Shown here piece after piece: positions 8,040 through 15,273 of a stretch of DNA of 34,073 nt. The DNA comes from Bdellovibrio sp. GTDB taxonomy: Bacteria > Bdellovibrionota > Bdellovibrionia > Bdellovibrionales > Bdellovibrionaceae. How positions within the stretch are numbered: position 1 is the stretch's first letter; each line of letters starts with the position of its first letter. The stretch is taken from contig JBKCUU010000094.1 in NCBI GenBank assembly GCA_046318155.1, positions 1 through 34,073 of the forward strand, written 5' to 3'. The position numbers were made by a program, and so were the translations under genes. Under the pieces are notes generated by a model that worked only from the letters and a program-made list of their open reading frames with translations, was not told the DNA's origin and did no database searches.

Positions 8040-8147
8040 CTTGCGCCCCTTCGGGGCGACTTCGCGGGCGGAGCCCGCTTTAATTAGAGGCGCCCCTTTG
8101 GGGCGACGAGGGTCCGCTCGCTTCAGTTAGTCTGCGCCCCTCTGGGC
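8019..8147 (+). repeat. Three degenerate tandem units (about 43-48 bp), each made of the eno 3' end plus a REP-like palindrome
   Basis: GCTCGCTTCAATTAG-CTT-GCGCCCCTTCGGGGCGAC / GCCCGCTTTAATTAG-AG-GCGCCCCTTTGGGGCGAC / GCTCGCTTCAGTTAG-TCT-GCGCCCCTCTGGGC. Confidence 0.8.
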
Positions 8148-8259
8148 TTTGCTAAGGTCTAGGTGGCGCGAGGTCACAACTTTGAATCTCCGCGAGACTC
8201 AACTCTGGACTGCCATTGGCGTCTTGTTCTGGCATTCTAGCTTGAGCGGGTAGGGTGCC

Positions 8260-8541
8260 ATGGGTTTGCACGTTCTGTTAAAACAACCTCTTAAGGTCTT
8301 TGCGTTTTGCTTCGTGTTTGCGTTCGGCTCGGTGCTTTTGAATGGCGCACTCACAAACCTCTATGGCTTGCAGCGGGACCGTGAGGCCCTGACAAACCAG
8401 ATGGTCAAAATCGAAGCGGACATCAAGCACTTGGATGGCAAACTCAAGCGTGCCAAAGATCCCGCCTTTATTGAGCGCCAAGCCTTAGATAGTCTGGATA
8501 TGGCGTCGGACCATGACCTTGTTTTTGTCTTTTCGGAGTAG
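8260..8541 (+). CDS. ftsB: FtsB/DivIC-like septum formation initiator
   Basis: One TM helix, a coiled coil and a DPAFIERQALDSLDM...DLVFVF tail; eno-ftsB synteny is common. Confidence 0.75.
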   Translation: MGLHVLLKQPLKVFAFCFVFAFGSVLLNGALTNLYGLQRDREALTNQMVKIEADIKHLDGKLKRAKDPAFIERQALDSLDMASDHDLVFVFSE

Positions 8542-8703
8542 GGGCTCCGGGCGCGCCCATGTCTTAGGCTCGTCTAGGCCAAATCTTTACCTTATTTCAA
8601 GTCCTTGAAAGCATTTGTGAATTCACCTAAATTGACGCAGTTCAGACTCGAGTTCAAACTCTAGACTTGATTTAATTCCCTCATCATTTCAAACTCCTAG
8701 CCT

Positions 8704-9003
8704 ATGGAATTGAGTTCAAGTTCTATTCGCCAGTTGCGTTGTCAGATGGGTTGGAGCCGCTCGGATTTGGCCCACCATTTGGGTGTTCAAAGCCAAGAGA
8801 TTTGGATGTGGGAAGAGGGCAAGGCCTCTCCCTGCACCAAATCCCAGCGATCGCTCGAAGCTCTTTTTCATCAAGGTGAATTCGCAGCCCTCGAACTGGC
8901 CGAATCGTCGCAAATCGATGCCCTGATGCAAGAGGGTGATCAAAGTTCGATCAACCGCGATCAGCTGCAAAAGCTGGGGCGAGTCAAGGACCCCATCCTT
9001 TAA
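8704..9003 (+). CDS. XRE-family helix-turn-helix protein
   Basis: IRQLRCQMGWSRSDLAHHLGVQSQEIWMWEEG. Confidence 0.8.
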   Translation: MELSSSSIRQLRCQMGWSRSDLAHHLGVQSQEIWMWEEGKASPCTKSQRSLEALFHQGEFAALELAESSQIDALMQEGDQSSINRDQLQKLGRVKDPIL

Positions 9004-9033
9004 CGTCCCTGCGAAATCTGGTAAGCCGAACGC

Positions 9034-11619
9034 ATGAGACGTATCTATCTGGTCGACGTGAGTTCGCTGATCTTTCGTGCCTTTTATGCAGTCCGACCTT
9101 TGACCTCACCCAGTGGTTTGCCAGTCAACGCCATCTACGGTTTCATGTCGATGATTCTGAAACTCATGAAAGAAGAAAAGCCGGCTGCCATGGTTTTTTG
9201 CTACGACCGCAAAGAGCCGTCGTTTCGTAAAGACGTGTATGACGACTACAAGGCCAACCGCTCGGCGATGCCCGAGGACCTGGTTCCGCAAATGCCTTAT
9301 TTTCGCCGGCTCGGCGAAATCATGGGGATCCCGGGACTGGATGTTGCCTCGTATGAAGCGGATGACATTATCGGGACGCTCACCAAATGGGGACGCCGCC
9401 ATGATTACGAAGTGCTGATCGTTTCGGGTGATAAAGACTTTGCTCAGCTCGTGGAGCCCCATGTTTGGCTTTACGACACGATGAAAAATACCCGCATGGG
9501 GACCGATCAAGTCATCGAAAAATGGGGTATTCGTCCAGACCAGATGGTTGATTATCTCGCCCTTGTCGGCGATGCCTCCGATAACATCCCGGGCGTCAAG
9601 GGACTTGGACCAAAAGGCGCACAAAAGTTACTCGAGCAATTTGGCACTTTAGATGGAATTTATAAAAACATCGATGAAGTCAAGGGCTCGACCCACGACA
9701 AGTTAGTGACCAGCAAAGACAACGCGTTTTTATCACGCCAGCTCGTCACGATCGTGACCGACGTGCCCGTTCCGGTCGATCCCCACCAATATGATTTGCA
9801 AGCGGTGGATCAAGAGCAGATGAAAGCGCTTTTGAGCGAACTCAACTTTAAGGGCTTTGACCGTTCGCTGGCCGAGCTTCCCAACTGGGGCGGCGCCGTG
9901 ACGGCCGCGGCGGGAGAACGGCCCACACTCGAAAGTCAGCGCAAGCCCAAACCCACTGCACCCGCGCCGCCCGCTTCGATGCCATTGATGGCCAGCGAGT
10001 CTGCCGGAGATCACTTAGCCATTGAAGTGTCTGAGCTCTCACAGCACTTTCAAAAAAAATCGGTGGCCTACACGTTCAAACACGAAATGGGTTTTGTTTT
10101 TTCAAAAGGCCCGGGCGATCCGGTCTTTTTAGTTCCCACTGATACGGCAGCCCTGACAAAAGTACTCAACCATTTAGACCTCGATTTTAAAGGTTTTGAT
10201 CTCAAAACTTTTTGGCATTTTTTTGATCTCGAAAATCCGCGAGCAGCATGGGACGGAATGCTCGCCGCCTATGTGACCCAGGCAGGTGACGTCTCAAGCT
10301 GGGAGCTTGTCTTTGCCCGTTTTTGCGGGGAGCCGCCAAAAACTTTGCCGACACCTACTGAAAAAATGCTCGAGCTCTTTCGTCTTGAAGCAAAATCCAA
10401 CGAAGATCTTGCCAGCAATCGCAAGGTGTACCAAGAGCAAGATCTCCCATTGACCGCCATCCTTTACAAAATGGAGCAACGTGGGATCGCACTCGACAGC
10501 AAAATATTGGCCGGCCAAAGCCAAGAGCTCACCAAAGAAATTTCGCGGCTCGAAAAAGAGATTCATGCGGCGGCCCATGAAGAGTTCAACATCGGAAGCC
10601 CCAAGCAACTCGCGGTCATTCTTTTTGATAAATTAAAGCTGACTCCGGGGCGCAAAACCAAGACGGGCTATTCGACGGATGCCGAAGTTCTTGATGGACT
10701 AAAGACGGAGCACGCCATTATTCCGTTAATCCTGACCTACCGAGAGCTCACCAAACTCAAATCCACCTATGTCGATGCTTTGCCTTTGATGGTTAAAGCG
10801 GATGGCCGCATTCACACGACATTTAATCAGGCCATGACGACGACAGGGCGGCTCTCGAGCATTGACCCCAACTTGCAGAACATTCCGATTCGCACTGAGC
10901 GCGGAGCGAGGGTCCGCAAAGCTTTTATCGCGGGTCCCGGCTTGTCGCTTCTTTCTGTCGATTACTCTCAAGTGGAACTTCGAATTTTGGCGCACTACTC
11001 AGATGATCCCAATTTGATCAAAGCCTTCAAAGATGATCTTGATATTCATGCGGCGACGGCCAGCGAAGTTTTTGGTGTCGCTCTTAAAGAGGTGACATCC
11101 GATCAAAGGCGCGCGGCCAAGGCCGTCAACTTCGGCATCGCCTACGGACAGGGGGCGTTTGGCTTGGCGGGAGCTCTCGGGATCCCCATGAGTGAGGCCA
11201 AAGGCATCATCGATCGATACTTTGCCAAATTTCCGGGTGTTGGAACTTACATCACGCACACGATTGAGTCCGCCAAGGAAAAAGGATTTGTCGAAACCCT
11301 CACAGGCCGTAAGCGCTACATGCCCGAGCTTCAATCGGGCAATGGTGCCATGCGAAAGTTCGGCGAGCGCGCCGCCATCAATGCACCCATTCAAGGCACG
11401 GCCGCCGATTTAGTGAAGCTCGCCATGGTGGAGCTGGATCAAAAGTTTAAATCGAAGATGCTCTTACAGGTGCATGATGAATTGATTTTTGAGGCCCCCA
11501 AAGAGGTGCTTGAGTCGGAAGCGCCGGCCATTGTTAGCGTCATGGAAAATATCATGAGATTCAAAGTGCCCATCAAGGCGAATTGGGCGATCGGCAGCAA
11601 TTGGGACGAAGCCCACTAA
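9034..11619 (+). CDS. polA: DNA polymerase I
   Basis: 5'-3' exonuclease (YKANR, EADD, SGDKD, GDASDNIPGVKGLG); polymerase motifs TGRLSS, DYSQVELRILAH, KAVNFGIAYG, QVHDELIFE. Confidence 0.98.
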   Translation: MRRIYLVDVSSLIFRAFYAVRPLTSPSGLPVNAIYGFMSMILKLMKEEKPAAMVFCYDRKEPSFRKDVYDDYKANRSAMPEDLVPQMPYFRRLGEIMGIPGLDVASYEADDIIGTLTKWGRRHDYEVLIVSGDKDFAQLVEPHVWLYDTMKNTRMGTDQVIEKWGIRPDQMVDYLALVGDASDNIPGVKGLGPKGAQKLLEQFGTLDGIYKNIDEVKGSTHDKLVTSKDNAFLSRQLVTIVTDVPVPVDPHQYDLQAVDQEQMKALLSELNFKGFDRSLAELPNWGGAVTAAAGERPTLESQRKPKPTAPAPPASMPLMASESAGDHLAIEVSELSQHFQKKSVAYTFKHEMGFVFSKGPGDPVFLVPTDTAALTKVLNHLDLDFKGFDLKTFWHFFDLENPRAAWDGMLAAYVTQAGDVSSWELVFARFCGEPPKTLPTPTEKMLELFRLEAKSNEDLASNRKVYQEQDLPLTAILYKMEQRGIALDSKILAGQSQELTKEISRLEKEIHAAAHEEFNIGSPKQLAVILFDKLKLTPGRKTKTGYSTDAEVLDGLKTEHAIIPLILTYRELTKLKSTYVDALPLMVKADGRIHTTFNQAMTTTGRLSSIDPNLQNIPIRTERGARVRKAFIAGPGLSLLSVDYSQVELRILAHYSDDPNLIKAFKDDLDIHAATASEVFGVALKEVTSDQRRAAKAVNFGIAYGQGAFGLAGALGIPMSEAKGIIDRYFAKFPGVGTYITHTIESAKEKGFVETLTGRKRYMPELQSGNGAMRKFGERAAINAPIQGTAADLVKLAMVELDQKFKSKMLLQVHDELIFEAPKEVLESEAPAIVSVMENIMRFKVPIKANWAIGSNWDEAH

Positions 11620-11623
11620 AGCG

Positions 11624-11757
11624 CGGCTGCTGCCGCAAAGGGCCCGTCAGCTGCGTTCTCGGACCAGGCTCTTCCTGCGGCGCCCAGGAGAGCGCCTCGG
11701 TCGTGCCTGGTCCTGCGGCCTTGCAGCTGGGCCCTTTGCGACCGCAGCCGTTTTTTT
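11624..11757. repeat. 127-bp imperfect inverted repeat (MITE/REPIN-like or structured RNA) followed by T7
   Basis: Nested arms CGGCTGC/GCAGCCG, CGCAAAGGGCC/GGCCCTTTGCG, CAGCTGC/GCAGCTG, GGACCAGGC/GCCTGGTCC and GGCGC/GCGCC. Confidence 0.8.
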
Positions 11758-11828
11758 CAAGACTTGCTTTTTTGGCTCAACGACTTCGTCGTTTGCGCAA
11801 GGCTGGGTTTGGGGCTTCTGTTGTATTC

Positions 11829-11866
11829 AACGCGGCGTTTTCTGAACGTTCAGAAAATGCCGCGTT
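11829..11866. repeat. 38-bp near-perfect loop-less palindrome
   Basis: AACGCGGCGTTTTCTGAAC|GTTCAGAAAATGCCGCGTT with a single G-T mismatch. Confidence 0.9.
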
Positions 11867-11894
11867 CATTCTCTGATTTGTTTTGTTCGTTTTG

Positions 11895-12017
11895 CTGAAG
11901 CTGAAATTAAGTTGGAAGCTTAATCTTAACCTGGAAGCTGGAATCTGAATCTGGAATGTGGAATCTGGAATGTGGAATCTGAATCTAAATCTGGAATCTG
12001 GAATCCAAATCTCAATC
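11895..12017. repeat. Degenerate 6/7-mer tandem array (CTGGAAT, GTGGAAT, CTGAAT, CTAAAT)
   Basis: ...CTGGAAG CTGGAAT CTGAAT CTGGAAT GTGGAAT CTGGAAT GTGGAAT CTGAAT CTAAAT CTGGAAT CTGGAAT CCAAAT CTCAAT. Confidence 0.85.
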
Positions 12018-12074
12018 GAGAAGCAAAGTCAGGTCCTTTGATGTCGGCGCTCGGTCATTTTTTGAGCATGAATT

Positions 12075-12569
12075 TTAATTGGTTTTTGTTTTGGTTTTTT
12101 GCTTTTTGGTCGAGTGATCAAAAGCTTCGATTTCGCGGTCTTCGATGGTTTGGCGGCGGTGGCTGTGACCGACGTTGAGGCGTAAGTCGGCCAGTTCTTG
12201 GCAGATGTCGCTATTTGATTTGGCGTCAGCGCACGCGGTGTAGACCTGGGTCATGAGTTGTTCCCACTCACGTTTGGATTGGGCCATCTCGGTAAAATTA
12301 AGGCTCGCCATTTTCAGAGATGAATTTTCGTTGAGCTTGTTCAGCTTAAGTTTTTTGAGTTTTTCGGGGAGTGCTTTTAAGTACTCCTCACGGGTGTCTT
12401 GGTAGGTGCTCTTGATTTCGAAAAACGTCATCATGTAAAACGGCGGACTTCGAATGTCGATCTTGGTTTCCCGATCGTGCACGGATTGAATCAGTTCGTT
12501 CATCTGAGCCGTGGCCGACCACGATAAAGCGAGAATAAAAAAGAAAAGACCTGGGTTGAGTTGTTTCAT
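12075..12569 (-). CDS. Secreted alpha-helical hypothetical protein
   Basis: Signal peptide ending SATA-Q; one Cys pair; its ATG directly abuts the upstream gene's TAG (TAGATG), with an AGGAAG RBS. Confidence 0.75.
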   Translation of the reverse strand: MKQLNPGLFFFILALSWSATAQMNELIQSVHDRETKIDIRSPPFYMMTFFEIKSTYQDTREEYLKALPEKLKKLKLNKLNENSSLKMASLNFTEMAQSKREWEQLMTQVYTACADAKSNSDICQELADLRLNVGHSHRRQTIEDREIEAFDHSTKKQKTKTKTN

Positions 12570-13403
12570 CTATTGTCTTCCTGCTCGGCGAGACGCCACT
12601 ATTCGGGCCGCTCTCTGATGACCCGCCTGATAACGTTTTTTTAAGGTTCCAGTGTCCATTTGCCAAGCCTCATCGATTTCGACCATTTTAGCATCTGCTT
12701 CAGAGCTGCCTGCACGATGTACTGTAAATTGATGGGCGCAAGACTTTTTGTCGATAAATTCATTAAAGGGATTTGCCGGACCTTGGGCGACCGTCCCCGT
12801 AAAGAAGTCAAAGCGATTCTCGCCTTTGATGGCGGCCCCTTTGTCACCAACGATGAGGCAGCCCGTATGTCTGACGCTACGAGTGGCGGTCACTTTCATC
12901 TTTTTACCCTTGAGGCCAGGGATGCAAATCACGTCGCCAATCGAATATTTTGACGGATCTGCAGCGACCGAAAAGAAAGGGGTGAGGCACATCCCCCCAG
13001 AACCGGCCACAGATCCGATCGAACCTTCGCACCTCGATCCGTTGGCGGCCACGTTCGGTTGAGGACGGCTGTTGTCATAAGTGACTTTCGTATCGCCATT
13101 TGCGCCGATGAGGCCCGTGCCATTCATGCGGACTGCTGCGCCAAAACTGCGAGTAACACCCTGGCGAGGAACGTTGTAGATCGATGAGGCTAAGGTGACC
13201 TCTTCGTTATCACGAGATCTTTTTTTTCCGGGTTTTTTGGGTGCCTTGGCGTCTTTGCACCAAATTCCATCGGCAGGAATCCCCCAGCGATTGCCGCCAC
13301 TCGCACGCCGAGCAGAGCCCGTCTCGCAAATTGAGACGATCAAGGCAAGGGTCAAGGCGGGCAGCACCGTGAATTGACTAAAATGTGTTCGCTTCCCTGC
13401 CAT
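12570..13403 (-). CDS. Exported 3D-domain (MltA/Sps-like) peptidoglycan-lytic protein
   Basis: SVAADPSKY, GDKGAAIKG and RFDFFTG supply the three Asp of the 3D domain; N-terminal signal or anchor; several Cys. Confidence 0.8.
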   Translation of the reverse strand: MAGKRTHFSQFTVLPALTLALIVSICETGSARRASGGNRWGIPADGIWCKDAKAPKKPGKKRSRDNEEVTLASSIYNVPRQGVTRSFGAAVRMNGTGLIGANGDTKVTYDNSRPQPNVAANGSRCEGSIGSVAGSGGMCLTPFFSVAADPSKYSIGDVICIPGLKGKKMKVTATRSVRHTGCLIVGDKGAAIKGENRFDFFTGTVAQGPANPFNEFIDKKSCAHQFTVHRAGSSEADAKMVEIDEAWQMDTGTLKKRYQAGHQRAARIVASRRAGRQ

Positions 13404-13456
13404 GTCGACACCCCCCGGCGCACTCCCGTTGTCTTGAACCGAATGTCATGAAGAAG

Positions 13457-13472
13457 TGCAACCGGGGTGCCG
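13457..13472 (-). promoter_or_regulatory. Probable sigma54 (-24/-12) promoter for the 3D-domain operon
   Basis: Minus strand reads CGGCAC-CCCGG-TTGCA (GG-N10-GC), about 55 nt above the ATG. Confidence 0.6.
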
Positions 13473-13482
13473 TAAATGGGCC

Positions 13483-13499
13483 TGTCTCAGCTTGAAACA
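13483..13499. promoter_or_regulatory. Candidate regulator-binding inverted repeat
   Basis: TGTCTCA-GCT-TGAAACA just upstream of the sigma54 motif. Confidence 0.4.
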
Positions 13500-13526
13500 C
13501 ATTTTTTCAAAGGCGCTGGGACTGAC

Positions 13527-14135
13527 TCACTCCACGTCCCAGCCCACGACGCGCCCACCTTCAAAGTAGACTATTTTTTTTTCGAGCTTATAGCCGTCGG
13601 GCGTTGAAACATATTTGTTGTACTTCCAGCGCTCGTTGCGAAATTGCGGATTTCCCGAGACTTCGATGTTGTCGGGTTCGCCCCAAGACTTGCGTACCCA
13701 GTTCTGAGTCATTCCAAGGCCGATATCTTGTGCCTCGATAAGTTCCTTATAGGTTTCTCCCGCCTGGAGAGTACGAGAATTGATGTTCTCGTCTTTGAGC
13801 CATTTTTGCCGAGCCTCATATCCAGGCATCGACAAAAAATAAATCCGTTCGTCTTCATCTTTTAGATACGGAAGCACCCGAGAGTATTGCTCGAGTTCCT
13901 TTTTTGTGCTGATCGAGTTCTCAAGCTGCTTGAGGCGCGTTTTTTTTTCAATCGATCGCGAGTCCTCGCGTGAAGAAATTGTTTGACTGCGTTTAAGCTG
14001 GTGAGGGCTCAAGCGATTTGAATAGCCGCTCTCGGGGTGACGCTCAAGCAGACCGCAGGCGCACAGAGCCGAGCAGAAGACAAAGACCATGACTTCAAAC
14101 GGCACAAATTTTTTTTTCTTTAATTGGATCTTCAT
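13527..14135 (-). CDS. Lipoprotein with a C-terminal BamE/SmpA-like domain
   Basis: ATG 14135, basic n-region, lipobox LCA-C; IGLGMTQNWVRKSWGEPD...ERWKY...VYFEGGRVVG pattern. Confidence 0.7.
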   Translation of the reverse strand: MKIQLKKKKFVPFEVMVFVFCSALCACGLLERHPESGYSNRLSPHQLKRSQTISSREDSRSIEKKTRLKQLENSISTKKELEQYSRVLPYLKDEDERIYFLSMPGYEARQKWLKDENINSRTLQAGETYKELIEAQDIGLGMTQNWVRKSWGEPDNIEVSGNPQFRNERWKYNKYVSTPDGYKLEKKIVYFEGGRVVGWDVE

Positions 14136-14225
14136 AACCTTAGATTCTACGGGGAGGCCAGCCCAATCCAAAACAAACTAAATTTGTTGCGAACCAAAGT
14201 CGGGGCCCGTAACATCAAAAGGGTC

Positions 14226-15263
14226 GTGACATCAGAAAACGAAACAAAAGAATCAGCAGGACCAGAGTCCAGCGACCAATTAGCGAAGCCCAGCATCCAG
14301 GTGCAGGCCGAACACTATTTGGATCAGCTCACCGGGAACGGTGGCGACGTTACTCCAGAAAACATCGACGCCTTTCTCGAGCTGCAAGATCCCGAATTTT
14401 CTCAAAAATTAACTGACATCAAAAAGGATTCGGAGCTCTGGGCGGCCAATTCTGAAGTCGATCTTGATTCGATTGAGCTTCACGACGAAATTGCTCTTTG
14501 GAGAGACGCCAAGGGACTCAAGCGCAGTTGTTACGTCGTCTTGCCCTTTTTGCCGCGGATCTCATTGGCGATTAAGAAGCTTAAGTTCAGGCTCTTTGCG
14601 TTTTCTCATGCAACAACGATCCGCGCGAAGCACTTCTTCTACTACCTTGCGACGACGGGCCGAAAAAAAGCTCAGGCTAAAATAATCGATGGCTTCAAGG
14701 CCATGGGAGCATTCGTCAGTGCGTTGTTTTCTGACGTCGGTCGTCTCAGTCTCAGGTTGAAATTGGCGTTGTTGGGATTGATCCTTTTACTAGGTGCCTC
14801 GGGCGGCGTTTTTTTTCTGACTTGGAAAGGGAAGCTCATCCCCAAGGAGCGGGCGCTGTTTATGACGGACTTGAGCATACAAGCCGACGAAATCCACGAG
14901 GTGGTTGCATCGGGTGGGTTTGAAAACTTTTACGACAATGTTCGCTCGACACCCAATCTTTTGCTGATCGAGAAAGTGGTCGTTAATTTAAAGCGCAACA
15001 AGAATTCGGGAACCAACCCGATGCTAGCTGCCGAATTTTTTGTCGAAGGACTGAATCCCGAAGTCGTGATCGAAGTGAAAGACCGCGAGGCTTTTTTTCG
15101 TGACTTGATACAAAGAACGGCCGAGGACTTCTCGTTTGATCAGCTTTCGACCGTTGATGGAAAACAGCTTTTAGTTCAGGCGCTGTTTAAAGAGATGAAT
15201 CGCAGTCTCACAACGGGAGAACTGCGATTCATCCGAGTTAAAACGTTCATTTTAAAACCTTGA
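14226..15263 (+). CDS. fliL: FliL-domain membrane protein with a long N-terminal extension
   Basis: TM helix LALLGLILLLGASGGVFFLTW, then VVVNLK...EVKDREAFFRDLI...LSTVDGKQLL...MNRSLTTGELRFIRVKTFILKP. Start uncertain; GTG 14226 chosen. Confidence 0.7.
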   Translation: MTSENETKESAGPESSDQLAKPSIQVQAEHYLDQLTGNGGDVTPENIDAFLELQDPEFSQKLTDIKKDSELWAANSEVDLDSIELHDEIALWRDAKGLKRSCYVVLPFLPRISLAIKKLKFRLFAFSHATTIRAKHFFYYLATTGRKKAQAKIIDGFKAMGAFVSALFSDVGRLSLRLKLALLGLILLLGASGGVFFLTWKGKLIPKERALFMTDLSIQADEIHEVVASGGFENFYDNVRSTPNLLLIEKVVVNLKRNKNSGTNPMLAAEFFVEGLNPEVVIEVKDREAFFRDLIQRTAEDFSFDQLSTVDGKQLLVQALFKEMNRSLTTGELRFIRVKTFILKP

Positions 15264-15273
15264 GCTCCGATTT

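Noticed and set aside
1950..8147. Repeat clusters as a CRISPR array
   Set aside because: At most 2-3 units per cluster, no unique equal-length spacers, degenerate units and no cas genes.
8230..8246. sigma54 promoter before ftsB (TGGCATTCTAGCTTGA)
   Set aside because: Spacing is off by one and the -12 GC is absent.
11624..11750. SRP RNA, 6S RNA or tRNA identity for the long hairpin
   Set aside because: No SRP GGAA tetraloop with CAGG/AGCAG internal loop, no cloverleaf, and shorter than 6S with no large central bubble; kept as an unclassified element.
11583..11876. 97-aa ORF after polA
   Set aside because: It overlaps the polA end and merely reads through the palindromic elements; no RBS or recognisable motif.
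11972..12178. 68-aa ORF over the GGAAT array
   Set aside because: Low-complexity translation antisense to the 12075-12569 gene.
11620..13500. Prophage, IS or integrative element
   Set aside because: No integrase, transposase or phage gene, and no flanking direct repeats found by eye.
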